From Candidatus Nomurabacteria bacterium (GTDB lineage Bacteria; Patescibacteriota; Minisyncoccia; Phycocordibacterales; SBAW01), in the NCBI GenBank assembly GCA_943356415.1, contig CALREW010000001.1:80528-144527 (forward strand): 64,000 nucleotides of DNA, in the 5' to 3' direction. Below the pieces are notes generated by a model that saw only the letters and a list, made by a program, of their open reading frames with translations, was not told where the DNA came from and made no database searches. Of this stretch, positions 49,513 through 59,094 are shown piece after piece. Made by a program: the position numbers and the translations under genes. Within the stretch, counting starts at the first letter, position 1; every line of letters begins with the position of its first letter.

Positions 49513-50040
49513 GTGATGGGTAGTACATTCAAGTGGACGAATTTCGACGTTGCCGATCTTTCGGCAGCGGAGCTGGACGAGATCGCCCTTCAAGGCGGGG
49601 TCGTTGGTGCGCTGAGCGCCGGAGGATACCGGGCCCGCGACAACCTCCTCCCGGAGGTGCACGGTTACGGCTTTGCGTGGATCAACACCGCCGGTGAGGG
49701 AAACCGGGGGACCTTGGTCCTCCGCGGCCTGACGGCGCGCACCCGCGCCCTCGTCGCGCAGGGCAAGATCCGCGAGCTCCAGGCCCGCTTTGGGCTGAGC
49801 GAGCGGGTCGCCCGCGCGGTCGCCCGCGCCCGGGTCTCGTACAAGTACGAGGAGCGGGTGGTCCAGGCGGCGGTCGCGACCGCCGGTGCGAAGTTCTGGA
49901 AGTCGTACCCCGGGTGGGGCAACGGGGTCAACCGCTGGCTCGAGCGGACCCCCGAGGCGGCCGACGCCCTCAAGGGGTTGTCGGTGCCGCGGATTGATTC
50001 CGTGTCCCAACTCGCACCCGCCATCTGCTGGGCGCAATAA
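49513..50040 (+). CDS. Hypothetical protein (175 aa) in a very high-GC (~68%) cassette
   Basis: Protein-like composition on the plus strand, whereas the antisense ORF is an R/G/P-rich low-complexity artefact. A terminator follows immediately. Confidence 0.4.
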   Translation: MMGSTFKWTNFDVADLSAAELDEIALQGGVVGALSAGGYRARDNLLPEVHGYGFAWINTAGEGNRGTLVLRGLTARTRALVAQGKIRELQARFGLSERVARAVARARVSYKYEERVVQAAVATAGAKFWKSYPGWGNGVNRWLERTPEAADALKGLSVPRIDSVSQLAPAICWAQ

Positions 50041-50054
50041 TTGCCCAGCAGCCC

Positions 50055-50089
50055 ATCGCCCCGGTAACACCCGGGGCGATGTTCTTTTT
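50055..50089 (+). terminator. Rho-independent terminator
   Basis: ATCGCCCCGG-TAACAC-CCGGGGCGAT followed by GTTCTTTTT. Confidence 0.7.
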
Positions 50090-50169
50090 AATGCCTAAAA
50101 ATAATTTATATTTTTTACAACATACACATCGCTACGCTAACGCCGTTGGTGTAGTGGTATACTTTTTTT

Positions 50170-51423
50170 ATGTTCTCTCTTTTTGGGAGGCGCTCGGGCA
50201 GCGCAACAAAAGTAATTGCGATTCTTGATATTGGTAGCGGCTCAGTCGCAGGCGCACTCGGTCGCCTCGATCGCAATGGCCTCCCAGAACTCCTTTTTAG
50301 TGTCCGCGAAGATTTTCCAGTGCGTATGGACCGCTCTGCGAAAGAGCTGGCCACAGACGCAGCTAAATCAACGAGAACGGTCTACGACAAGCTTCGCAAG
50401 AGTGCGGCGCTCTTTACTGCTGGCGAAAAGGTAACTCCCTTGCCAATTGAACACATTGCGGTTTTCCTCGCGGCTCCTTGGAGTAGTACTTCCATACGCA
50501 CACTCAAACTTTCTCGTACCAAGCCATTTGTTATGAGCGCCGACGTGCTGCGTCGCATGCTTTCAGACGAAGCGCGTAGTGCGGAAGCACACACCAAAGC
50601 AGCGACGCGCATTATCGAGCGGATTGCGACTGGCCTCACCTTAAACGGCTATGAGGCACGGGAAATATCAAGCGTGGCGGTACAAACGGCTGAAGTAACG
50701 CTCGCAACGACCCTCGCTCCAGAAGCCTTCATCGATCTGCTTGAAGAAACGCTCGGTGACGCCCCGCATGGTGCAGAGAGAACCTTCCACTCGTTTGCAC
50801 TACCTGCAGCTCATGCGCTTTCACTTTGGCGCCCTCAAGTACGCGACGCACTGATCATCGATGCAGGGGCGGAGGTAACCGAAATAATCGCACTCCGTAA
50901 TGGAGTTCCTGCTGCAACGGCAACGATACCCACCGGACATCATTTGTTATTGCGAACACTGAAGAGCCGTACCGGAATGGGGAAGTCTGAAGGTGTAACG
51001 ACACTGAAGCTCGCCGAAATCGACGGTACACGTCTCTCTGAAACGATGCGAGAGGCTATTGCGGAGGCAACAACCAAGTGGGCGAAAGAACTGGGCAAAG
51101 CCGTTGAATCTCTTGAGCTCGGCGGCGCCACTCCGACCGACGCATATCTCTTTGCAGACGCGCACGCGCTTTCTTGGTTTTCGGTAGCCCTTGCGAAAGC
51201 CCCGCTCTATGATGCGGCCACTTCAGCGCCTATTGCGCCGCTGGCTCTTACTGGCGCCAGCCTCTCTTCGCTCGTCACGATTCGTGGAGTGATTCCAGAC
51301 CCGTATCTTCTCGTTGAGCTCGCCTTTACAGACGCCCGCCTTGATGAAGGTAAGACGCTTTCATTCTCTCCATCGCGTGAACTAGTTCTCGGGAGAGCAC
51401 GTGCTACACTTAGCCGTACCTGA
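50170..51423 (+). CDS. Actin-fold ATPase-like protein (FtsA/PilM/MreB superfamily)
   Basis: KVIAILDIGSGSVAGAL looks like phosphate-1 and LIIDAGAEVTEIIALRNG like phosphate-2/adenosine motifs. No further specificity. Confidence 0.45.
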   Translation: MFSLFGRRSGSATKVIAILDIGSGSVAGALGRLDRNGLPELLFSVREDFPVRMDRSAKELATDAAKSTRTVYDKLRKSAALFTAGEKVTPLPIEHIAVFLAAPWSSTSIRTLKLSRTKPFVMSADVLRRMLSDEARSAEAHTKAATRIIERIATGLTLNGYEAREISSVAVQTAEVTLATTLAPEAFIDLLEETLGDAPHGAERTFHSFALPAAHALSLWRPQVRDALIIDAGAEVTEIIALRNGVPAATATIPTGHHLLLRTLKSRTGMGKSEGVTTLKLAEIDGTRLSETMREAIAEATTKWAKELGKAVESLELGGATPTDAYLFADAHALSWFSVALAKAPLYDAATSAPIAPLALTGASLSSLVTIRGVIPDPYLLVELAFTDARLDEGKTLSFSPSRELVLGRARATLSRT

Positions 51424-51433
51424 GAAAACTTGT

Positions 51434-52747
51434 ATGCAAGATGTAGTACCCCCAAACGACCGTTCCATCCGAAATATTCCACTTCCCGCACACCGCAAAC
51501 GTCATCAAACCGAAGGACCGGTTCCTTCGTCTACTCCACCACGCAGAAAAGTACCTCCGCCTCAAGAACCACGCACATACGAAGAAGTTTCTGGTGGACA
51601 GAGCTCCCGTATTATGTGGTTCCTCGCAGTCGCTCTCGTGGGCGTTCTTATCGCTGTCGGGGCCGCAATGCTCTTTGAAGGAGCTACGGTAACGGTCATG
51701 CCTCGCAAAGCAGAAGTCTCGATACCAGAAAATATGGTTGCCCGTAGCGATGCACCTTTGGGAACTCTTCCATTTACGACTGCAACCGCATCAGCCGAGG
51801 CAAGTCGAACAGTTGCAGCAACCGGAGAGCGGGACGTCGCCCGCCAATCATCAGGAGCCGTCGTTATTTCAAATACGTATAGCACCGCACCCCAGCGTCT
51901 TATCAAAAATACACGGTTCGAAGCCCCTGACGGCAAGATATACCGCATCAATGAATCCGTTGTGGTTCCTGGGGCAAAGAAAAATGCAAACGGAACCTTT
52001 ACTGCTGGTACTGTAGCGGCAACGATATTTGCTGATTCCGCAGGGCCAGATTATGACCGTGGCGTTGATACGTACACCATCCCTGGCTTTAAGGGTGACC
52101 CCCGTTACGAAAAATTTTCTGCTAAAGGAACTTCCCCGGTCTCTGGCGGTTTCATTGGTAAGGAAAAAGTGATTCCCGACGCAGACCGCAAAGCTGCTGA
52201 GGACGGTATCCGCGCCGAACTCACCGAAACGTTAGCCAAATCACTTGGGGACGCGGCTCCAACCGACCGCATGCTCATCGCAGGCAGTATTAGCTACAGC
52301 TTCGTACCGGTCGCAGATACAAGCGCTGCAGGTGCGTCAGAGGCGACTATAAAACTTAAAGGAACTGCCGTCGGTGCACTTATCAAAGAAGCAGACCTTG
52401 CGAGCGCTATTGCGAAAGTTGGCGTTCCAACGTACAACGGCGAGTCGTTACGCTTCGCCGACCGCTCTGCGGTTACTATCCGCGCAAAGGAGCCGGTTAC
52501 TAGTGATTCGACTGAACTTTCTCTTGCCGCAGAAGGCTCGGCAACGCTTATTTGGCAGTTTGACCCTGCCGCCATTCAGAAGCTTTTGGCAGGTATTTCC
52601 GAGGATTCCTTTGCCCAAACACTCCAAAGCGCCGGACCAGCGATTGCCGACGGTACTGCGAGCTTCAAACCCTTCTGGAAACACACATTCCCGAAAGATC
52701 CGGCTGATATTCGGGTAAAAGTGGGGGAACCCACAGAAGCTAAATAG
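51434..52747 (+). CDS. Hypothetical single-TM protein (Pro-rich N-terminus plus a large extracytoplasmic domain)
   Basis: ORF only. An alternative start at 51401 overlaps the previous gene. Confidence 0.4.
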   Translation: MQDVVPPNDRSIRNIPLPAHRKRHQTEGPVPSSTPPRRKVPPPQEPRTYEEVSGGQSSRIMWFLAVALVGVLIAVGAAMLFEGATVTVMPRKAEVSIPENMVARSDAPLGTLPFTTATASAEASRTVAATGERDVARQSSGAVVISNTYSTAPQRLIKNTRFEAPDGKIYRINESVVVPGAKKNANGTFTAGTVAATIFADSAGPDYDRGVDTYTIPGFKGDPRYEKFSAKGTSPVSGGFIGKEKVIPDADRKAAEDGIRAELTETLAKSLGDAAPTDRMLIAGSISYSFVPVADTSAAGASEATIKLKGTAVGALIKEADLASAIAKVGVPTYNGESLRFADRSAVTIRAKEPVTSDSTELSLAAEGSATLIWQFDPAAIQKLLAGISEDSFAQTLQSAGPAIADGTASFKPFWKHTFPKDPADIRVKVGEPTEAK

Positions 52748-52803
52748 CCGCCCAGTTGACAGCTCGTATGCCTTTTTGTATGCTCATGCTCACGCCTACG
52801 TGA

Positions 52804-53013
52804 ATGGGGAACAACGCTGAAGAAAAGCAGGGAATCGTCGAAGAGGCTCTTCCCAATACGCTATTCAGAGTTACTCTCGACTCGGGCGAGCAGATCCTTG
52901 CGTACCTTGCCGGAAAAATGCGGTTGCACCGCATCAAAGTCCTGGTAGGAGATAAGGTAACGATCCAGCTTGATCCGTACGGAGGGCGAGGGCGTATTGT
53001 GAAGCGGCTCTAA
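52804..53013 (+). CDS. infA: Translation initiation factor IF-1
   Basis: [51 protein letters not shown]. Confidence 0.9.
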   Translation: MGNNAEEKQGIVEEALPNTLFRVTLDSGEQILAYLAGKMRLHRIKVLVGDKVTIQLDPYGGRGRIVKRL

Positions 53014-53057
53014 AAAGCACCGCGAAGACGGGGCTGGGGGTTCGTTTTTCGTTTTGT

Positions 53058-53171
53058 ATGAAAGTAAAAGCATCTATTAAGAAGCGTTGTACCAAGTGCA
53101 AGCTCGTAAAACGCGAGCGTCGGCTTTTTATTATTTGCGAAAACCCTCGCCATAAACAGCGCCAAGGCTAA
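53058..53171 (+). CDS. rpmJ: Ribosomal protein L36
   Basis: [37 protein letters not shown], 37 aa, below the ORF-track cutoff. Confidence 0.85.
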   Translation: MKVKASIKKRCTKCKLVKRERRLFIICENPRHKQRQG

Positions 53172-53178
53172 AAAATCT

Positions 53179-53559
53179 ATGCGTATTGCCGGTATCACCA
53201 TCCCTGGAGAAAAACGTCTTGAGTTCGGACTCACCGAGCTTTATGGCATTGGCCGCTCCCGAGCTATTTCGATTTGCAAAGAAGCAAAAATTGACCACGC
53301 ACGCAAAGTTTCAGAACTATCTGCCGATGAAGAGAACAGCATCCGCCGCATTCTTGAGAGCCTCAAGCTTGAAGGAGATCTCAAGCGTGAGATTGGTGGT
53401 AACGTAAAGCGCCTCAAAGACATTGGTTCATACCGCGGAAGCCGTCACGCCAAGCGTTTGCCAGCGCGTGGTCAGCGAACCAAGACCAATTCCCGAACCG
53501 TCCGAGGCAACGTGCGCAAGACCATGGGTTCTGGACGCCGTAAGGAGTCGAAGACCTAA
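53179..53559 (+). CDS. rpsM: Ribosomal protein S13
   Basis: MRIAGITIPGEKRLEFGLTELYGIG... Confidence 0.9.
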   Translation: MRIAGITIPGEKRLEFGLTELYGIGRSRAISICKEAKIDHARKVSELSADEENSIRRILESLKLEGDLKREIGGNVKRLKDIGSYRGSRHAKRLPARGQRTKTNSRTVRGNVRKTMGSGRRKESKT

Positions 53560-53587
53560 TTATTAGCCACACACATATCGCATTCCT

Positions 53588-54013
53588 ATGGGTAAGAAGC
53601 GGATAGTGAAAAAAGGCGGAGAGCAAGACAGTGGGTCTGCTCGTTCAGCGCGCACGCTCAAGCGAAAGCTTGAAAGCGGCATTCTTTTTGTTGAAGCAAC
53701 CTACAACAACACGAAAGTATGTTTTGCCGATGAAAAAGGCGGCGTCATCACCTGGTCTTCGAGCGGTTCGCTTGGCTTTTCAGGTGCAAAGAAAGGCACG
53801 CCGTTTGCGGCGGCAAAAGTCGGTGAACTTATCGGTGACCGCGCACTCCAGATGGGTGTACGCGACGTTTCCGTTGTTGTGACCGGCGTCGGTGCTGGCC
53901 GTGAATCCGCTATCCGCGCCTTTTCTGGCAAAGGTATCGGCATTGTATCCATCAAGGATGCAACGCCGGTTCCTCATAATGGTCCGCGCCCTAAGAAGCC
54001 GCGCCGCGTATAA
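53588..54013 (+). CDS. rpsK: Ribosomal protein S11
   Basis: ...ATYNNTKVCFADEKGGVITWSSSGSLGFSGAKKGTPFAA... Confidence 0.9.
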   Translation: MGKKRIVKKGGEQDSGSARSARTLKRKLESGILFVEATYNNTKVCFADEKGGVITWSSSGSLGFSGAKKGTPFAAAKVGELIGDRALQMGVRDVSVVVTGVGAGRESAIRAFSGKGIGIVSIKDATPVPHNGPRPKKPRRV

Positions 54014-54016
54014 CCT

Positions 54017-54637
54017 ATGAAAATTGGACCTAAGTACAAAATTTGTAAGCGTCTCGGCGCTCAAATCTTCGAGAAGTGCCAGACACAGAAGTTTGCACTG
54101 TCTCTTGAGAACGCTGCTCCGAAAAAGAAGGGCAAAGGCGGCATGCGCGGTGGCAGCTCCTTCGGCGTACAGCTTATTGAGAAGCAGAAAGCTCGTTTTA
54201 CCTACGGTATTTCTGAAAGCCAGTTCTTCCGCTACGTCAAAGAAGCAATGTCCCGCAAAGGCGCTGACTCTTCGAAAGAACTTGTTTCGCGCCTCGAAGC
54301 ACGCCTTGATAACGTCGTCTTCCGCATGGGCTTTGCCGCAACTCGCCGCCAAGCACGCCAGCTCGTGTCACACGGTCATATCACTGTAGACGGACACCGC
54401 TTGACGGTACCTTCTTACAAAGTAGAGAAGGGTAACGTTATCGCCATCCGAACCCAGAGCCAACAGAGCCCGGCATTTGCTGAACCGAACGAGAAAGTTG
54501 CCAGCCGCGCGCTTCCAAACTGGCTCTCGTCTGTGGAAGGCAATCCGTACGCAATACGCATCGACGGCACACCTGAGGCGCCCGACACCCAGCTTCAGTT
54601 TGACCCAGCGGTCATCATCCAGTTCTACAGCCGCTAG
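54017..54637 (+). CDS. rpsD: Ribosomal protein S4
   Basis: N-terminal zinc-ribbon-like region and S4 domain (VDNVVFRMGFAATRRQARQLVSHGHI). Confidence 0.9.
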   Translation: MKIGPKYKICKRLGAQIFEKCQTQKFALSLENAAPKKKGKGGMRGGSSFGVQLIEKQKARFTYGISESQFFRYVKEAMSRKGADSSKELVSRLEARLDNVVFRMGFAATRRQARQLVSHGHITVDGHRLTVPSYKVEKGNVIAIRTQSQQSPAFAEPNEKVASRALPNWLSSVEGNPYAIRIDGTPEAPDTQLQFDPAVIIQFYSR

Positions 54638-54685
54638 TTCAATTATTTTATTTCGCTATTAGTAATTACTTAGTAATAAACACGT

Positions 54686-55657
54686 ATGATGGAGTATTCG
54701 ATCACCTTGCCGTCGAAACCCCGCGTTGTCTCAGAAGACGGCGCTAGCGGCGTGTACGAAATAGATGGCCTCTACCCTGGGTATGGTCACACCCTGGGAA
54801 ACAGCCTTCGTCGTATCATTCTCTCTTCGCTCTCAGGCGCTGCAATCACTGGTGTCAAAATCGAAGGCGTTTCGCATGAATTTTCAACCATTACTGGTGT
54901 GAAAGAAGATGTAGTCACTATCCTTCTTAACCTCAAGAAGCTTCGCTTCGAGATGCTCACCCAGGAACCTCAGACCATCAACTTGAAAGTAAGCGGCCCG
55001 AAAGTAGTTACTGGCGGCGATCTCACTCTTCCTGGACAAGTTCGCTTGCTTAACCCAAAAGAAATTATCGCTGACCTCACTGACAAGAGTGCATCTCTTG
55101 AGGCTGAATTCCGCGTCGAGCGCGGTCTTGGATATGTGCCGCGCGAAGCACTGAAGAAGGATCGTGTCGAAATAGGAGAAATCACCGTTGATGCCGCATT
55201 CTCTCCGATTCGCCGCGTAAACTACGAAGTAGAGAACATGCGCGTTGGTGATCGTACGGACTTCAACCGTCTCCGCATTTCTATCGAGACTGACGGCACG
55301 CTGAGCGCACGCGAAGCACTTGAGCGTTCGATTGAAATCATGATTACCCAGCTCAAAGCGGTTATCGGCTTCCGTGAGGAGGAGGAAATTTCCGCTCCAG
55401 TATCTTCTGAAGAGGCCATCTCTGAAGAAGGTTCTCTTGGCGGCGATGAACCGTCTGCTGACATCATGAAGACGCGTATCGAGGCGCTTAATCTCTCTGC
55501 ACGCACCGTCGGCGCACTTGCCCGCGCAAACATCCGCACAGTGGGTGGCCTCGCTCGCAAGAAAGAGGATGACCTTCTTGACGTCGAAGGATTGGGACCG
55601 AAGGCTATCCAGGAGATCAAGCGCTCGCTTTCGAACTTCGGAATCACCCTTAAGTAA
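54686..55657 (+). CDS. rpoA: DNA-directed RNA polymerase alpha subunit
   Basis: YGHTLGNSLRRILLSSL-type N-terminus and a C-terminal alpha-CTD (ARTVGALARANIRTVGGLA). Confidence 0.9.
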   Translation: MMEYSITLPSKPRVVSEDGASGVYEIDGLYPGYGHTLGNSLRRIILSSLSGAAITGVKIEGVSHEFSTITGVKEDVVTILLNLKKLRFEMLTQEPQTINLKVSGPKVVTGGDLTLPGQVRLLNPKEIIADLTDKSASLEAEFRVERGLGYVPREALKKDRVEIGEITVDAAFSPIRRVNYEVENMRVGDRTDFNRLRISIETDGTLSAREALERSIEIMITQLKAVIGFREEEEISAPVSSEEAISEEGSLGGDEPSADIMKTRIEALNLSARTVGALARANIRTVGGLARKKEDDLLDVEGLGPKAIQEIKRSLSNFGITLK

Positions 55658-55662
55658 CCGAT

Positions 55663-56019
55663 ATGAAGCATCACAAAGGCAAACGAACACTCGGTCGCGA
55701 AACAGCGCAGCGCACAGCGCTTCTTCGCAGTCTTGCCCAAGCACTTGTGGTGCGTGGACGCATTACGACTACGGTCGCACGAGCAAAGGAGCTACGCCCA
55801 TTCATTGAACGCATTGTTACGCGCGCTCGCACGGGTACCGTTGCCGCACGTCGCGACGTCACGGCACGTCTCGGTGGCGACGTTCGCTCAACCACAAAGC
55901 TTTTCAAAACCATCGCGCCCAGGTATGGTGAGCGCGCTGGTGGCTACACCCGTGTTATCAAGGCCGGCCCTCGCAAAGGAGACGCGAGCCCGATGGCAAT
56001 CATCGAGTTTGTTGAGTAA
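55663..56019 (+). CDS. rplQ: Ribosomal protein L17
   Basis: MKHHKGKRTLGRETAQRTALLRSLA... Confidence 0.9.
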   Translation: MKHHKGKRTLGRETAQRTALLRSLAQALVVRGRITTTVARAKELRPFIERIVTRARTGTVAARRDVTARLGGDVRSTTKLFKTIAPRYGERAGGYTRVIKAGPRKGDASPMAIIEFVE

Positions 56020-56024
56020 GACGT

Positions 56025-56366
56025 ATGAAGACCATTGACGCAGAAAACCGAATACTTGGCCGAGTCGCTTCAGAAGCGGCCAACATCCTCCTCGGCAAGG
56101 GGTCTGTTTCCTTTGCAAAAAATGCCGTTAAAGGAGAGGAGGTAAAGATCGTGAACGCTTCAAAGATCCGCGTCTCCGGTACCAAAAATCGCAACAAGGC
56201 GTATCGTCACTACACCGGCCACCCAGGCGGTCTTCGTGAAGAGTCCTACAAAGACCTCGTTACTCGTCGCGGCCACGCTGAAGTCATCCGACTCGCAGTC
56301 CAAGGAATGATCCCGCGCAACCGTCTTCTCAACGCTCGCATGAAGCTTCTCACTATTGAAGAATAA
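56025..56366 (+). CDS. rplM: Ribosomal protein L13
   Basis: ...ILGRVASEAANILLGKG... and overall length. Confidence 0.85.
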   Translation: MKTIDAENRILGRVASEAANILLGKGSVSFAKNAVKGEEVKIVNASKIRVSGTKNRNKAYRHYTGHPGGLREESYKDLVTRRGHAEVIRLAVQGMIPRNRLLNARMKLLTIEE

Positions 56367-56371
56367 TTATT

Positions 56372-56770
56372 ATGGCAACTACTGAACGCTACATAGAAGC
56401 AACCGGCCGCCGAAAGACTGCTATTGCCCGTGTCCGCATCACGAAGGGCAAGTCCGACGTGGTTGTAAACGGTAAAGACATCAAGGCGTACTTCCCAGTC
56501 GAGGCACATCAGGTAATGGCACTCGAGCCGTTCATCAAAGTGCCACTTCCGGCAACCTTTGGTGTTACGGTCCGCGTCAGTGGTGGAGGTACCGCTTCGC
56601 AGGCAGGTGCCATGCGCCACGCCATCTCTCGCGCTCTTATCGATTTTGATATTACGCTTCGCGGTGAACTCAAGAGTCGCGGCTTCCTCAAGCGTGACCC
56701 TCGTGCGAAGGAGCGCAAGAAGCCAGGATTGGTCAAGGCTCGCAAGCGCAAGCAGTGGAGCAAGCGTTAG
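56372..56770 (+). CDS. rpsI: Ribosomal protein S9
   Basis: ...GRRKTAIARVR...GGGTASQAGAMRHAISRAL...KRKQWSKR. Confidence 0.9.
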   Translation: MATTERYIEATGRRKTAIARVRITKGKSDVVVNGKDIKAYFPVEAHQVMALEPFIKVPLPATFGVTVRVSGGGTASQAGAMRHAISRALIDFDITLRGELKSRGFLKRDPRAKERKKPGLVKARKRKQWSKR

Positions 56771-56805
56771 CTTACGGAACCCTGAGCTTGTCGAAGGGTG
56801 GTCCG

Positions 56806-56836
56806 GAAAAAGCCAGTCTCTCGACTGGCTTTTTCG
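56806..56836 (+). terminator. Rho-independent terminator of the ribosomal-protein cluster
   Basis: AAAAAGCCAGTC-TCTCG-GACTGGCTTTTTC. Confidence 0.8.
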
Positions 56837-57060
56837 TTCTTCACCCCGCGTCGCGCATCTGTACCGTCGCCTAAGTTTAAGAAGGACCTTTTAAAAAGAA
56901 ATGCTCAAAATAAAACGACAAAAAACGTTCATTTTTTATTGCAACAGAGAAATTGACAAGTAGCTATTTTTATCCTAAAGTGGCTCTGGATAAGGGTTTC
57001 TGAGCTCGCTCTTTGAGACTCTGCTATCCGGTCTAACCGACAAGAAGAGAGGTAAGTCCG

Positions 57061-59094
57061 ATGTTTTGGGTAGTTCTCCTCGCGGCCTCGCTGATCGCGG
57101 GGGCTGTGTTCCGCTGGAAGCGGCGCAGCGTCCCGATCCTTCAGCAAGTGCCGTCCCTCCCGGTCTACGCGGTGCTGAGCGTCGTCGCTCTGTTCTCCGT
57201 GTTCCAGACCTCAACCGTGAACCCGGGCGGAAGCCAGTTCGCGCAGTTCGTCCGCATCTACTTCTGCAAGGAGATCACAGACGGACGCAACGTGGCCTTG
57301 CCGGGCGAATGCGGCCGTCAGGCCGAGATCGTCATGCCGGGCTTCCAGTTCTCGTTCTTGGTGAACGTCCTCAATGACGTCACCTATCACGAGATGTTGG
57401 ACGTCGCCGACGGCCATTACGCGCTGCTCAATGCGCGTGACGGTCTGAAGATGGACGAAGGCCAGGTCGCAGCCAAACCGTGGGCTCTCGGGATCATCAC
57501 CATGATGACCAAGGCTGCCGACGGCAAGCTCATCCCGTTGACGACCAAGGGATCCGACGGCAAGGATATCGAGGTGAAGGGCAACATGCTCGACGCCACG
57601 TTCTTCCTCACCAAGGGCCAAGGCCGCAAGGGTCCGCAGACGACCGTGCTGCCTCCTGGCCGGTACGCGCTGAACAACTTCCTGTGGGATGTGACCGTCG
57701 ACCAGGCGGTCGAGTCCACCGACAAGAAGAAGACGCTCACCAGCAAGTACGTCCGACGCACCATCCAGCCGGGCCACGTAGGCGTGATCAAGTCGGCAAT
57801 CGACAGCGACGTCGTGCCGGCCTTCATGCCTGATGCCGGCAAGTCGATCGACTGCGGCGCACACGTCGCCGAGGAGAAGACCCTCGGCCAGATCAAGGCG
57901 GTGCTCGTTCCGGTGGGCTGCCGCGGCGTCTGGAAGGATACCCTCCATCCCGGCGACTACTTCATCAACGAGCGCGTCTACCAGGTCACCGAGGTCGACA
58001 CGCGTGTGCAGAACTGGACCTTCCAGGGCGGCTACAAGCGCCGCTACATCAACCTCTCGATCAGCGACAACGGCCAGATCACCCAACAAGTGGTCCTGGA
58101 CGACGTCGATCTGCCTCTCGGCGGTGCCGGTGGCGCGATCGCGGTGAAGGTCGAGGGCTGGACGGTCTACCAGGACGTCCGCTTGCAGGCACGCGCCTTG
58201 CCGGAGTACGCCGCGCTGGTCGTGGCGGCCGTCGGCGGGCTGAAGGAGGTCGAGGACCGCATCATCGTTCCGCAGGTCAGCTCCGTCCTGCGTGACGTTG
58301 GCGGTTCGCGCATCTCGGTCTCGAATACGGCCGCCTACGAGGAGGCCAAGTCCGAGCTCGACGCGCTGAAGGCCCGGTTGGAGATCCTCAAGGACTCCAA
58401 TACGGAAGTCGGTCTCTCCGCCGAGCAGCGGGCCGTTGAGGTCGCCCAGCTCGAACGGCAGATCGCCGGCATCCGTCTTCCGGACCCGAACACGACAGTC
58501 ACACGCCCCACGCGTGTGCTGGACTTCCAGAACGAGCGCGCTGCCCTGCAGAAGCTCGTGGCTGCGGACATCCAGCTCATCGGCAAGGGCGCTGGCATCG
58601 AAATTGTGAACGTCACCTTCGGCAACGCCGACATTCCGGCGGAACTCCTGGTGTCACGCAAGATCGAGCAGCTCTCGGGCCAGATGCGCAACGCCTACCT
58701 GCAGCAGCGGGTGGCCCAGGTCCAGCGTCAGGCGACGGAGTCCGCCAGGGCTCGCGCCGACCAGCAGAAGGATCTGGTCACCGCTGCGGTCAAGGTCGAG
58801 ACGTCCAAGCTCGGCATCGAAAGCCGAACCAACGACGGCAAGGCCGAGCAAGCGTATCTCGAGGCGCTCGCCAAGGGTCAGTTGGCCCAGGCGAACGTGC
58901 TCGGTCCTGACCGTGTGCTGATGTTCAACCTCGTCCAGGAAGTCCTGAAGCATCCGGACGCCATCGGCGCCCTGAAGCTTCCCTCCACCTTGACCCTCGG
59001 GCAGGGCGGCGGGCTGACGGACATGGCGACGATCCTTGGCGCAACGAAGCTCTTCGGCGGACCAGCTACGGCCGCGCCTCCGACGACGCGTTGA
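57061..59094 (+). CDS. SPFH/band-7 (flotillin-like) membrane protein, 677 aa, high GC (~63%)
   Basis: N-terminal TM, a central region compatible with SPFH, and a C-terminal Ala/Gln/Glu-rich flotillin-like repeat region (EQAYLEALAKGQLAQANVLG). The antisense ORFs are GC artefacts. Confidence 0.4.
   Translation: MFWVVLLAASLIAGAVFRWKRRSVPILQQVPSLPVYAVLSVVALFSVFQTSTVNPGGSQFAQFVRIYFCKEITDGRNVALPGECGRQAEIVMPGFQFSFLVNVLNDVTYHEMLDVADGHYALLNARDGLKMDEGQVAAKPWALGIITMMTKAADGKLIPLTTKGSDGKDIEVKGNMLDATFFLTKGQGRKGPQTTVLPPGRYALNNFLWDVTVDQAVESTDKKKTLTSKYVRRTIQPGHVGVIKSAIDSDVVPAFMPDAGKSIDCGAHVAEEKTLGQIKAVLVPVGCRGVWKDTLHPGDYFINERVYQVTEVDTRVQNWTFQGGYKRRYINLSISDNGQITQQVVLDDVDLPLGGAGGAIAVKVEGWTVYQDVRLQARALPEYAALVVAAVGGLKEVEDRIIVPQVSSVLRDVGGSRISVSNTAAYEEAKSELDALKARLEILKDSNTEVGLSAEQRAVEVAQLERQIAGIRLPDPNTTVTRPTRVLDFQNERAALQKLVAADIQLIGKGAGIEIVNVTFGNADIPAELLVSRKIEQLSGQMRNAYLQQRVAQVQRQATESARARADQQKDLVTAAVKVETSKLGIESRTNDGKAEQAYLEALAKGQLAQANVLGPDRVLMFNLVQEVLKHPDAIGALKLPSTLTLGQGGGLTDMATILGATKLFGGPATAAPPTTR

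Noticed and set aside
57211-58089. Long antisense ORFs inside the high-GC genes, for example 57211..58089(-), 49510..50070(-), 22891..23430(-), 54884..55744(-) and 27140..27730(+)
   Set aside because: They have low-complexity R/G/P/A-rich translations and lie opposite well-supported genes. They are typical high-GC or random-frame artefacts.
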